DNA from: an uncultured Phycisphaerales bacterium
GTDB lineage: Bacteria > Planctomycetota > Phycisphaerae > Tepidisphaerales > Tepidisphaeraceae
Length of the DNA stretch: 64,000 bases
Direction of reading: 5' to 3'
Assembly (NCBI GenBank): GCA_963844715.1
Contig: CAWJPJ010000006.1
Coordinates: 992,001 to 1,056,000 of the forward strand
Shown here: one piece after another, positions 44,970 to 56,661 of the stretch
Layout: every line of letters begins with the position of its first letter
How positions within the stretch are numbered: the stretch's first letter is position 1
Position numbers and translations under genes: made by a program
The notes under the pieces: model-generated
Database searches by the model: none
What the model was told of the DNA's origin: nothing
The model's input: only the letters and a program-made list of their open reading frames with translations

Positions 44970-45299
44970 ATGATCATGCGAATATTAAGACTAGCCCCCC
45001 TCCTGGCCGCCCTGACGCTATGCGGCGCCATGCCCATGGCCAGCCCCGTGGCAAAAACCGTTCAGGTCTCCATCAAAGGCGGATTCATTCCCCAGTCCAT
45101 CACCATCAACGTCCGCGATTCCGTCACCTGGCGAAACACCGATACCTCGGACCACGACGTCACCGCCCTCGACGGCACCTTCAAGTCCGGAAACCTCAAG
45201 CCCGGCGACACATTCACCTGGACATTCCGAGCGGCGGGAATCGAGCAATATGAATGCTCCCTACACCCCAGGGAGCGAGGAACCGTGACGGTGCAATAG
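44970..45299 (+). CDS. Secreted cupredoxin (plastocyanin/amicyanin-like)
   Basis: Signal peptide; VTWRN..HDV; YECSLHPRERG (the usual axial Met position appears to be Glu). Confidence 0.8.
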   Translation: MIMRILRLAPLLAALTLCGAMPMASPVAKTVQVSIKGGFIPQSITINVRDSVTWRNTDTSDHDVTALDGTFKSGNLKPGDTFTWTFRAAGIEQYECSLHPRERGTVTVQ

Positions 45300-45303
45300 G
45301 ATT

Positions 45304-45393
45304 GAGAGACATAGAGACAAAGAGACGGAGAGACGGAGAGACGAAGTGTCAGATTGGAGCACTTCGTCTCTCCGTCTCTATGTCTTTTTTTTT
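45304..45393. terminator. Hairpin of GAGAC-repeat units between convergent genes
   Basis: GAGACGGAGAGACGAAGTG / CACTTCGTCTCTCCGTCTC followed by a long T-tract. Confidence 0.7.
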
Positions 45394-45395
45394 AT

Positions 45396-45776
45396 TTACG
45401 CCGCGTCGAGCTGCGCCGAAGTGTTCGCCACAAATTCGATCCCCGCTGACAGAGTTGTCCGGGCCGGATCGGAGGATCGATTCACCCACACCACTCTGGC
45501 TGGGATCATCTGCCTGCGATTGGCCAGCGCCTGACCCTGCTCATTGAGCCCCACGTGGATGGTCAGCAGTTTCCCCGGGCAAAGAGGTAGGGACCGGGGT
45601 AGTTCCAGGCGCAGGCCGGTGGCGCTGACGTCCTGGGTCTGCCCGCCGAAGTAACGCGAGACCGTCGGCTCGAAGACTTTGATCGGCCGATTCTGTTGAA
45701 TACGCAATCCGCGGCGGCGTTCCACGCCGGAGTCCGCCGACTGCATGCCGTCCTGGGTTTCGGTCAAGGTCAACAT
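45396..45776 (-). CDS. PilZ-domain protein
   Basis: ERRRGLR (RxxxR) and DVSATG (DxSxxG); ARVVWV..GIEF. Confidence 0.88.
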   Translation of the reverse strand: MLTLTETQDGMQSADSGVERRRGLRIQQNRPIKVFEPTVSRYFGGQTQDVSATGLRLELPRSLPLCPGKLLTIHVGLNEQGQALANRRQMIPARVVWVNRSSDPARTTLSAGIEFVANTSAQLDAA

Positions 45777-45933
45777 GACGCTGCCTCCCAGTTTCAGTTA
45801 TCGGAACAATGCGGTGAGAAATTAGAAAAATTTTGGCTTCTTTTCATGCCGACCGCACGATTCCGTGAAAAACGCCACTGACGAGCGCCAGAGGCGTATC
45901 GCATTGCGCGATGCCCGTTTATATTGGACCCCC

Positions 45934-48796
45934 ATGGGATACAACTTCACCGCCATTGAGAAGAAATGGCAGCAATATTGGCTCAAAAACCGCTCCTTCC
46001 GGGCCTTGGACCCCCAGGAGGCGGGCGCCAAACCCAAGGCTTACGTGCTGGACATGTTCCCCTATCCCAGCGGCGCGGGCCTGCATGTCGGGCACCCCGA
46101 GGGATACACCGCCACCGACATCATGTCCCGCTATCTCCGCATGCGCGGCTTCAACGTCCTCCATCCCATGGGTTGGGACGCCTTCGGCCTGCCCGCCGAG
46201 CAATACGCCATCAAGCAAAACGTCCACCCGCGCGTCACCACCGAGCAAAACATCGATAACTTCCGCCGCCAGATCCAGATGCTCGGCCTCTCTTACGACT
46301 GGGACCGCGAGATCGACACCACCGACCCGATGTACTACCGCTGGACCCAGTGGATCTTCCTCCAGCTCTTCAACAGCTATTTCGACCCCCAGGATCAAAA
46401 GGCACGGCCCATCAGCGCTCTGATCGACGAACTGCAAAGCGAGCGCTACGTCGTCGCCCCGGACGGATCGATCCGCTTTAATCCTGTCCATGAAGCCACC
46501 GAGGCCATCAGTTGGGAGTCCCACGTCGAGCGCACCTGGAAGGAACTGAGCGAGGACGACCGCCGCGATATTCTCGACGGCCAGCGCCTCGCCTACATGG
46601 ATGAAATTCCCGTCAACTGGTGCCCCGCCCTCGGGACCGTCCTGGCCAACGAGGAAGTCATCGACGGCAAAAGCGAAGTCGGCGGGTTCCCCGTGATCAA
46701 GCAGCCCATGCGCCAATGGATGCTTCGCATCACCGCCTATGCCGACCGGCTCCTGGACGATCTCGACGACTTGGATTGGCCCGAAAGTTTGAAGGAGATG
46801 CAGCGCAACTGGATCGGCAAAAGCGTCGGCGCCGAAATCGACTTCGACATTGAGGGGGATGACGAAGAATCAATCACCGTCTTCACGACTCGCCCCGATA
46901 CTTTATATGGCGCGACGTATATGGTCCTTTCCCCCGAACACCCGCTGGTGGAAAAACTGACCACGCCGGAGCATCGCGATGACGTGAAGAAATATCAGGA
47001 GTCCGTCGCCACCAAAAGCGAGCGCGACCGGATGGCCGATGCCAAGGACAAAACCGGCGTCTTCACCGGCGCTTTTGCGATCAATCCGATCAACGACGAG
47101 TTGATCCCGATTTGGATCGCGGATTACGTTCTGATGGGTTACGGCACCGGCGCGATCATGGCGGTTCCCGCCCACGACCAGCGCGATTTCGATTTCGCGA
47201 CTAAATTTCATCTGCCGATTCGCACGGTTGTCAGGCCCGCCAAAGGCGAAGCGCCCGCCGATCGCGCCTTCGAAGGGGATGGATTCGCAGTCAATTCCCC
47301 CGTCATCGAAGGTTTGCCGACCGCGCTGGCGAAGGAAGAGATTACCAAAGTCGTGGACGCCGAGGGATTCGGGCAGGCCTCGGTGAAATATAAACTCCGC
47401 GATTGGCTCTTCAGCCGGCAGCGCTATTGGGGCGAGCCGTTCCCCATCATTCTCGACGCCCAGGGGAACGCCTGGGCCGTCCCAGAGGATCAGTTGCCCA
47501 TTACTCTGCCCGAACTGGAGGATTTTAAACCCACCGGCACCCCCGAGCCGCCGCTATCCAAGGCCAGGGACTGGGTCCGCGTAAATCTCGACGGCCAACC
47601 CGCCGTACGCGAAACCAACACCATGCCCCAATGGGCCGGAAGTTGCTGGTACTACCTCCGCTATATCGATCCGCACAACACCGAACAGCTTCGTCGATCC
47701 GGAAAAGGAAAAATACTGGATGCCCGTCGATCTCTACGTCGGCGGCGTCGAACATGCCGTCCTGCATCTCCTCTATTCGCGCTTCTGGCACAAGGTCTTG
47801 TTCGACCTCGGCCACGTCTCAACCGCCGAGCCCTTCAAAAAACTGATCAATCAAGGCCTCATCCTCGGCGAAACCGAATTCCACGTCTTTCACGACGAGT
47901 CCGGAAAACCCGTCAGCGTCTCGGAGCTGCGCGACATCGCCGAAGAAGCCGGCGCCGACGGCGTGAAAATGATCGGGACCCGAAAAGACACCGGCCAAAA
48001 GCTCCTCGGTCGGCGCATCGACGAAAGCGAAGTCGAAAAATCCGGCGACGGATATGTTTTGAAATCCGACCCCAAAATCCGCGTTGACGGCCGCAGTTTC
48101 AAAATGAGCAAGAGCCGCGGCAACGTCGTCAACCCCGACCAGATCGTCGGCGATTACGGCGCCGACACCTTCCGCCTCTATGAGATGTACATGGGCCCAC
48201 TTGAAGCCCAAAAGCCCTGGAACACCCGCGACATCGTCGGCATGTCGCGATTCCTGGCCGGAGTCTATCGAAATCTAGTCGGCGACGACGAAACCCAGAA
48301 AAAGGCCCAAATTACTTCCGAACCCATCCCCGACGCGCTCGATCGCCAATTGCATCGCACCATCAAAAAGGTCGGCGACGACATCGAAGCCCTGCGTTTC
48401 AACACGGCCATCGCCCAGCTCATCATCCTCAACAACGAGATGGGCAAGCTGAAAAGCGTCCCCCGCGACTTGGCCGAAAAGTTCACGCTGCTGCTCGCCC
48501 CCTTCGCGCCGCATTTGGCGGAAGAAATCTGGAGCCTCCTCGGTCACACCGAGAGCCTCACCCGCCACCCCTGGCCGACGTTTGATCCGGCCAAGCTCAC
48601 GGATTCGACCGTTGAACTGGCCGTACAAGTCAACGGCAAACTGCGCGGCACAGTCAGCGTCCCCGCCGACGCAGCCGAAGAAGCCGCGATCACCGCCGCC
48701 CGAGAAGTCCCCAACGTCAAACCCTGGCTCGAAGGCAAAACCGTCGTCAAAAGCTTGTACGTTCAAAAGAAACTCGTGAATTTCGTCGTAAAATAA
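45934..48796 (+). CDS. leuS: Leucyl-tRNA synthetase (frameshift near 47690)
   Basis: [56 protein letters not shown]. Confidence 0.98.
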
Positions 48797-48807
48797 GTCG
48801 TGCAATA

Positions 48808-49369
48808 ATGGGCCAGGAAATCGAAGCCAAAATGAAGGTCCCCGACCACGACGGCGATGCGCAATCTCCTCAAGCAACTTGGCGCAAAACCCGCCGGCGA
48901 AAAATTGGAAACCAACATCTTCTTCGACGCCCCTGATTCCTCCCTTCGCAAAGCCGGCAAAGGCCTGCGCATTCGCGTCGCCGAAAGCCCCACCGGCGAA
49001 AAGAACTGCACCATCACTTTCAAAGGCCCGTTACAGAAAAGTGAATTGAAATCCCGCGAAGAAATCGAATTCACCGCCAGCGATCCCGACGCCGCGCAAC
49101 AACTCCTCGAACATCTCGGCTACGCCCCCACCCTCACTTTCCAAAAACGCCGCGAATCCTGGCGGCTCGACGATTGCAAAATCGAACTCGACACCATGCC
49201 CCATCTCGGCACCTACGTCGAAATCGAAGGCCCCGGCGAAAAAGCCGTGATGGCCGTGCGCGAAAAATTAAATCTCTCCGCCGACCCTCTTATTTCAAGC
49301 GCTTACGTCTCCCTATTGGCAAAATATCTCGAAGAACACGCCATTCGAGAGACTTTCGTTCGACTGTAG
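48808..49369 (+). CDS. CYTH-domain (class IV adenylate cyclase-like) protein (frameshift near the start)
   Basis: EIEAK (ExExK), LRIR, TFKGP, REEIE, KRRE, GTYVEIEG. Confidence 0.88.
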
Positions 49370-49443
49370 TAATTGCGACCGAATCTCCCCGACGCCCAAG
49401 GCTCGACAGCCCTCCCCGATCCGATTACTTTCCCGGTATTGCT

Positions 49444-50361
49444 ATGGCGGACAAGGCGTTCCTCGTTCAAAAATTCGCCAAGATTCCACTTGGATCGATT
49501 CACGTCGTCGGCTACAGCGTCGCCGGCGAAGAGACCCTCGTCCAAGTCCCCGAGCTCAACGTCTGCTTCGACATCGGCCGCTGTCCCCACTTCGCTCTCA
49601 CCAGCGATATCGTCTGCATCTCACACGGCCACATGGATCACATCGCCGGCTTGCCCTATTACCTCTCCCAAAGATCGTTCCAGGGAATGAAAACCGGTAC
49701 CGTCCTCTTGCCGCGCGAACTCGCCCGCCCCGTAGAGAATCTTTTGAAATGCTGGCGCGACGTCGAACGCCAGGCCACCCCCTACGACATCGTCGGCATG
49801 TCCCCCGGCGACATCCACCAGGTCCGCAAGGATTTTCTCATCCGCTGCTTCGCCACCCACCACGGCTCCGCCAGCCTCGGCTATTCCCTCGTCAGCGTCC
49901 GCGAAAAACTCAAACCCGAGTACATGGGCACTCCCGGCCAGGAACTGGCCGCCCTGCGCAAGAAAGGCGTCGAAATCCAATACCGCGTCGAAGTCCCCCT
50001 CGTCGCATTTCTCGGCGACACCACCATGGGCGCCGTCTTCGATCATCCCGACGTCCAGACCGCCGAGGTGCTCATCACCGAATGCACCTTCTTCGAACCC
50101 GAGCACAAAGCCAAAGCCAAAGTCGGCCGCCACCTTCACGTCGACCAGTTCGTGAACCTCATCGCCAACCTGAAGAACAAGGAGATCGTTCTCACCCACG
50201 TCTCCCGCCGCACCAGCGTCCGCCGCGCCCGAGGAATCCTCCGAAAAGCCCTCGGCAACGAGCGAATGAAGAACATCCATTTCCTGATGGATTTCGAGGG
50301 ATCGACGGATGCGGGGGATATTGATGCCCTGGTCCCGCCGTCGACGGGCGATGCGACATAG
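49444..50361 (+). CDS. MBL-fold hydrolase, RNase Z-like
   Basis: FDIGRCP, SHGHMDH, KLKPEY exosite-like segment, GDTT, ECTF, HLH, THVSRR. Confidence 0.8.
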   Translation: MADKAFLVQKFAKIPLGSIHVVGYSVAGEETLVQVPELNVCFDIGRCPHFALTSDIVCISHGHMDHIAGLPYYLSQRSFQGMKTGTVLLPRELARPVENLLKCWRDVERQATPYDIVGMSPGDIHQVRKDFLIRCFATHHGSASLGYSLVSVREKLKPEYMGTPGQELAALRKKGVEIQYRVEVPLVAFLGDTTMGAVFDHPDVQTAEVLITECTFFEPEHKAKAKVGRHLHVDQFVNLIANLKNKEIVLTHVSRRTSVRRARGILRKALGNERMKNIHFLMDFEGSTDAGDIDALVPPSTGDAT

Positions 50362-50478
50362 CGAAACCCGAAACCAGAATCAAGTCAGAATGCTCGAATC
50401 CCGAATGATACCAATTCGGTCATTCGGGCTTTCAGGCCTTCGGATTTGATTCGGAATTCTGGTTTCGGATTTCGGGTT
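50362..50478. repeat. Long imperfect inverted repeat between convergent genes
   Basis: CGAAACCCGAAACCAGAAT...CCCGAATGA / TCATTCGGG...ATTCTGGTTTCGGATTTCG. Confidence 0.65.
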
Positions 50479-50488
50479 TAGCCCGAGA

Positions 50489-51916
50489 TCACGCCGCTTC
50501 CAGCAGAAGCCCGCGTTTCTCGCCCCACTTGATCTTCCGGTACGCCTGCACCGAAACCGCCTGACTGTGCAGCAGCGGCTGCAACTGCTCCGCCGATAGA
50601 TCGGAGTAATCCACCAGCAAGCGCACGCTCGGAATCGCCTGGGCGTCGATCGCCAGTTGCGGCATCGCCATCCGGATCAGTTCGCAATTCTCATTCATCC
50701 AGCGAAGCGCCAGCCCGATCGGGCGAAGCTGGCTCAATCCTCGCCCCGCCACGGCCACGAGAATCAGCCGATGATCCCTCCCCACTGCCAGCACCGCCTG
50801 CGGGCACATCGGGGGTTTCAGCGGGCATTGCACCCACTCCCCGGCCGCTCCGCCGCGATTCACGATCGCTTCCAGAACCGATTCCTCCCCATCGTCGGGT
50901 AGATCGACAACTTCCTCAGCCGGATTCATCGCGGGCATGGGCATCACCTTTCTCGCTATCGTCGGCGGCGCTACAGGCTCAATCTTCATCGCCGGCGCTG
51001 CCGCCTGCGGGCGTTTAGGCGACACTTCCGTGCCCGCCGCAACACCGGACCCAGCGCGCGAAATGAAATCCGCGATCACGTGCCATTGCGGTCCGGCCGC
51101 GCCCTGCGGCTTATCTCGCCCTGCCCGGCAATGCAAAATCGGATGTTCCAGAATCCCCGCCTTCTCGCCGCCCGTTCGCACCGGCGACTGCGCCGCAATC
51201 CTGCAGCCCAGAAACTGCCCGGCCACCGCGTCAAGCTTGTGGAACACGGCGTCCGCTTCCGCGTCGTCGTGCGAATCCAGCACGGCCGCCGATATTTTCG
51301 GCTTGCCGATTTCCGCCAGGCCCTTCAGCGCCCGATAGGCCGCCACCACACCCTCGTGATCCGCCGTCGTCAGCAGAATCCACTGCGACGAAGCCCGCAA
51401 AAGCTCCCGAGCCTCCGGCGTGCGCGGATTGCCGATCGAAATCAGCCATCGATCCACGTCAAAGCTCATCTCCGCCAGTGTCTCGCTCATCCGCCGGGCG
51501 TCCAATTCGTCCGCGATCGGCGCGGCCGATTCCGTATGAATCGCGTCGCCCGACTCCGGCTCAAACCCCGTGATCGCAAATTCGTTTCCATCGATTTCAA
51601 TCAGCCCTACCCGCCCGCGCTTTCCAGCGACGTGACGGGCATATTGCCGAATCCGCTGCGGCGCATCAGAAAGATGTGAAGCCAGAATAATCGAGATTTC
51701 CGCCCCGCCTGCCGCCCCCTCGCCCCCCTCTTCGCCGCGCACCGCCGCCATTTCTTCCGGAGTCAGATCAACGCTTGCATGGGCCTTCGCCGCCGCCGGC
51801 TTCGCCGCCGCGCCCGGTGGCACGCGCGAAGGCCGAGCCCCCGGCCCGCCCGGCCGCTGTCGAATCTCGCTGAGGAAAAGGTGGCTGATCTCGCTGAGCG
51901 TCTGTTTGGAGTCCAT
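50489..51916 (-). CDS. Hypothetical protein with degenerate FlhG/MinD-like domain
   Basis: WILLTTADHEGVVAAYRALKGL and EADAVFHKLDAVAGQFLG resemble the FlhG C-terminal half; no Walker A. Confidence 0.6.
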   Translation of the reverse strand: MDSKQTLSEISHLFLSEIRQRPGGPGARPSRVPPGAAAKPAAAKAHASVDLTPEEMAAVRGEEGGEGAAGGAEISIILASHLSDAPQRIRQYARHVAGKRGRVGLIEIDGNEFAITGFEPESGDAIHTESAAPIADELDARRMSETLAEMSFDVDRWLISIGNPRTPEARELLRASSQWILLTTADHEGVVAAYRALKGLAEIGKPKISAAVLDSHDDAEADAVFHKLDAVAGQFLGCRIAAQSPVRTGGEKAGILEHPILHCRAGRDKPQGAAGPQWHVIADFISRAGSGVAAGTEVSPKRPQAAAPAMKIEPVAPPTIARKVMPMPAMNPAEEVVDLPDDGEESVLEAIVNRGGAAGEWVQCPLKPPMCPQAVLAVGRDHRLILVAVAGRGLSQLRPIGLALRWMNENCELIRMAMPQLAIDAQAIPSVRLLVDYSDLSAEQLQPLLHSQAVSVQAYRKIKWGEKRGLLLEAA

Positions 51917-51948
51917 GTTGTCCTTTCCTCGGCTCCGCCGGGGTGGTG

Positions 51949-53454
51949 TCAATCGACTTCGATCACGTTGTTCAGTTCTCCGAACTGATTGGTTTCAACG
52001 TAATTGTTGTGCGGGTCCGTCATCCACTTCCCGTCCACCACGAACCGGTAGCGATATCGCCCCGGCCGCAGCGGCAGGCACATCCAGAATTCGCCAGGCT
52101 GCCCTCGATTGATCATCGGCGTCGACATCAGAGACCAATTGTTAAAGTCCCCCGCGATCAAAACCTTCTTCGCGTCGCTGAAGCGGGCCGCGAAGATCAC
52201 TTCTCCGCCCACCTGCTTCACGCCGTAGAATTCCGCGATCTTCTGCGCCGTGGTCTTCATGGCCGGCGCAGGTTCCAGGGCTTCGGATGGCTCCGCCGCC
52301 TCCGACTCCTCTGGCTCCCGCACCGTCACCTCCACAATTTCCTCCGCAACCTCCACCTGCAAATCCTTGTCCTCCTGCATCACCAGAACGCCCATCGCCG
52401 AAGCGGAGCTTTCCACTTCCAGCGACGCTTGTGCCTGCGCCGGCGCCGGCTTCTCTTGCATCAAAGACGATCGATCAAATACCGGCTGGCTGAAAATCGG
52501 CGCGGGAGGCGAAAATGCGAATGGCGCCGAAGTCGGCACCGCCGCCGGAGCCGCCGCGGATGCCGCGCGTCATCGCCGCACTCTTCCCAAACTGCAAATT
52601 CGTAAGCTGCGCAAGCTGCTTCGCTCGCTGCACGAGTTCCGCCGGACGGGAGAGCGTTTCGCTGCTCGTCGGCTCCACTCTCCTCGGGCCGATGGCCCAT
52701 CAGCTCGCGCGCCAGGTTCAGGAAATCCTTGTAACCCCGGCTTCCCGGATCGTATTCCGTGATCGGCTGCCCGAAACTGGCCGCTTCCTTCAGCTTGGTG
52801 TTGAAGTTGACCGTGCTCTCCATCAGATATTCGCGGAATTTATTCCGCAGCTCCGACAGAACTTCGCGGGCCAGCTTGGTGCGCGTGTCGTAAAGCGTCG
52901 GCAGCACGCGGATCAAAATATCCTTGCCGCATTTCTCCCGCATGATCTCCAGCGTCTGCATCATCTTCGCCAGACCATGCAGGCTGAAATACCCCGTCTC
53001 CACCGGAACGATCACTTCGTCGCAAGCCCGCAGCGCGTTAAAGGTAATGAGCCCCACGCTCGGCGGGCAGTCGATGATGCACCACTGGTACGTCGGCGCC
53101 GCATGCCGCGAGCGCATTCTTCAGCCGATCCTCGCGACCCGGCCGCCCGGCGAACATCTGCTCGAACGCCGCCAGCTTGATATTCGCCGGCGAAAGATCG
53201 AAATCGCTGGCGATCTGCCAGACGGTGTCGACCAGACGAATCGGTGTCCCGTCGCGCTCTTCGATCAGCGCATCGAGAATGGTTCGTTCAATCTGTTCCT
53301 CGGGAACCGCCAGGCCCACGGCGCAGTGCCCCTGCGGATCCATGTCGACCAGCAAGGTCTTCTGACCCAGCCGTGCCAGGCAGGCCGCCAGGTTAATGCT
53401 CGTGGTGGTTTTCCCGCAGCCGCCCTTCTGGTTGATGATGGCGATGGTGCGCAT
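51949..53454 (-). CDS. ParA/Soj-family ATPase with C-terminal CBM48/AMPK-type glycogen-binding domain (three frameshifts)
   Basis: NQKGGCGKTTT, VDMDPQG, IIDCPPS; Ala/Pro/Glu linker; then AKKVLIAGDFNNW..LRPGRYRYRFVVDGKWMTDPHN..NQFGELNNVI. Confidence 0.85.
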
Positions 53455-53728
53455 TGAGACGCCTTCCTTGGACGTGTGGCTCGCGCTTGTATGGCAGAGC
53501 CGATCCTTCGACCCTTGAGTTCCAGAATGCCCTCATCTTCTGCGCCGTCGCGCAAGAGACCGCATCCAACCGAATTATCGGGAGGTGAGCTTGGAGAACT
53601 TTACTTTTATCGGACAACGTCAATCAGACCCGATTCGCTTCCCCAGCAAGCGAAAAAATGACCCCCTTTGTATTTCCCATCCATGCCCTCCGTGAAATCC
53701 GCGGTTTATTCGCATACGATTGGCCACC

Positions 53729-56661
53729 ATGAAACCAGGCGATCGAATCGATGGGTTTGTTGTTAATAGAGTTACGACGCTCCCCAACCTCCGCTCCGTG
53801 GCGTACGAACTCAAACACCAGGCCAGCGGCGCCCGCATTCTGCACCTCCATAACCAGGACCCCGAAAACCTGTTCTCGGTCTCCTTCCCCACCCCCCCGC
53901 CGGATGACACCGGCGTTCCCCACATCCTCGAGCACAGCGTCCTGGCCGGCTCAGCAAAGTATCGCGTGAAGGACCCCTTCTTCGAGATGGTCAAGTCCAG
54001 CATGGCCACTTTCATCAATGCCATGACCGGCAGCGACTACACCGTCTATCCCGTTGCTAGCAATGTAAAGCAGGACTTCTTCAACCTCGCCGAGGTCTAC
54101 TGGGATGCCGTTTTCTATCCCCTTCTGACCGAGCAGACGTTCCAGCGCGAAGGCCACCACCTTGAGATCACCACCCGCTGGCGAATTGATCATCAAGGGC
54201 ATCGTCTATAACGAAATGAAGGGCGCCAAATCCAGTCCTGAAGCGCACGTCTGGGACCTGATCGAAAAAAATCTCTGGCCCGACACCCCCTACGGCAAAG
54301 ACGCCGGCGGCGACCCCGATCACATCCCCGAACTCACCTGGCAAGGCCTGTGCAATTTCCATCGAACCTTCTACCATCCCAGCAACGCTTATATCTTCCT
54401 TTACGGCGATATCCCCACCGCCGAGCATCTCAAATTCCTCTCCGGCCGCCTGGCGCAGTTTGCCGATCAGGATATCGGCGTCGATCTGTCCCCCCAACCC
54501 CGGTGGAAGACCCCGCGCACCGTCTCGGCCGGTTATCCCGTCGCGCCCACCGACGCAACCGAGGGCAAGACCTATATTGTTCACAACTGGCTCGTTGGCG
54601 ATAGCACGAACCCGGCCGAGCTATTCGCCCTCAGCGCCCTGGAGCGCATTCTCCTCGGCAACCAAGCCGCACCCCTCCGTAAAGCGATCATCGACTCCAA
54701 ACTCGGCCAGGACCTCACCCACAGCAGCGCAAACGTCAACGGCCCCGACGCTTCATTCCATATCGGCATCAAGGGAACCGAAACCAACCGCGCCGGCGAT
54801 TTTGAACAGCTAGTCATGAACACCCTGCGCAAGATCGCCGATGAAGGCGTTTCCTCCGACCGTTTCGACGCCGCCATCCAGCAATTACAGTATCGCTATC
54901 TCGAGATCACCCCCTCCTATCCCCTGCATCTGATGGGCGGCGCCGTTCGCCATGTGGCAGCACAGCGCCGACCCCCTGGAGTTGTTCCGCGCCGAGGAGC
55001 ATATCGCCAATCTCAAGCGATCCTTCGCCGCCGATCCCGACGCGTTCGGAAAAATAATCCGTGAGCGATTGCTGGATAATCCGCACCGCCTCACCGTGAT
55101 CGCCGCGCCCGACCGCGACATTCAGGCCAAAAAAGACGCCGAATTCGCCCGCAAGATGAAAGAGCAAAAGGACTCCCTCTCCCCCGCTCAAATCGAGGAC
55201 ATCACACGCAATCAAACCGAACTTGAGGCGATTCTCAACGCTCCCAATTCCCCCGAGGCCATCGCCTCCCTCCCCCAGCTTCGCGTCAGCGACCTCCCGC
55301 GCAAGCCCAAGCATATCCCCACAACCGTTGAGACGTTGTCCGGCGGCGCGATCCTCCTGAACAACGACGTCTTCGCCAACGGCGTCAATTACCTCCTCGT
55401 CACTCTCGATCTGGGTGGCCTGCATCCCGACCTCGTTCCTTATCTCTCCCTCTATTCCGACGCCGTGCAAAAAATGGGCGCGGCCGGCCAGAATTTCGTA
55501 CAAATCGCCGAGCGCATCGCCGCCCACACCGGCGGCGTCGCCTTCACCCCGGCATTCCACGGCCGCGTCGACGACGCCAATCGCGTCATGCAATCCGGAA
55601 CCTTCAGCATCAAATTCCTCGACGACCACGCCGACGCGGCCCTGAGCGTCCTCGCGGATCTCATGCTCTCCCTCGACCCAACCGATGTTCCGCGCCTAAA
55701 AGACATCCTCCTCCAGGCCCGCGCCGCCCAACGCATGCGCCCCAACACGACGGCATGGGACTCGCCCTCCGCCACGCCGCGTCCCGTTTCAACACCGAAG
55801 CCCAATTAAACGAAATGCACGGCGGCCTCCCCCTCATCCGCCTCTATGAAAAAATCGCCGAAGGACCCACCGATGAAGTGATCGACAAACTCTCGCCGCC
55901 TGCGCGACTATCTCTTGTCCGCCCCACACATCACCGCCAGTTTCACCGGGAGCGGCAAAGTCCTGGATCTCGTCCGCCGGCGAATCACCGGGTGGTCCAA
56001 AGCGAAGCTGACAAAATCCCAGGCCAGGCAATCATATGCTACTTTTTTTGAGTATCCCCCAATACGCAGCGGCCTGGCCGCACCCATGAACGTCGCCTAT
56101 TGCACCAGCGTCATGCCCGCCCCGCATGTTTCTAATCCAGACGCCCCGCTGCTGGCCGTCGCCTCAAGATTGCTCAGCCTCAACTACGTCCTCGAAGAAG
56201 TCCGCTTCAAAGGCACGGCCTACGGCGGAGGCTGCGGCTACAACGGCTCCGGCCAACTCTTCTCCTTCCATTCCTACCGCGACCCCTGGATCAATCGCAC
56301 CCTCGACGTCTACGCCGTCTCCCTACAGCACGTCCGCGAGACCAACTGGACGCAAGGCGACGTCGACCGCTCCATCATCGGCACCGCCAAGGAAGGCGAA
56401 AAACCCATCCGCCCCCCCCAGGCCAGCGCCATCGCTCTCCTACGTCATCTCACCGGCGACACCCCCGCACTCCGAGAAACCCGCCACGCCGCGATCCTCT
56501 CGACGACTCTATCCGGCGCCAAACGCGTGCTCACCGAGCAATTCGAAGCCCACGCCAAAGAAGCTGCCGTCTGCGTCGTCTCCAGCCGCGAAAAACTCGA
56601 AGAGGCGAACGCCCAAAAACCGCAAAACGTCCTGGAAATCGAGGACATCCTCCCACAATGA
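53729..56661 (+). CDS. M16C insulinase-family (presequence-protease-like) metallopeptidase (about four frameshifts)
   Basis: DDTGVPHILEHSVLAGS, FINAMT, GIVYNEMKG, GGDP, EVRFKGTAYGG, SYRDP. Confidence 0.93.
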
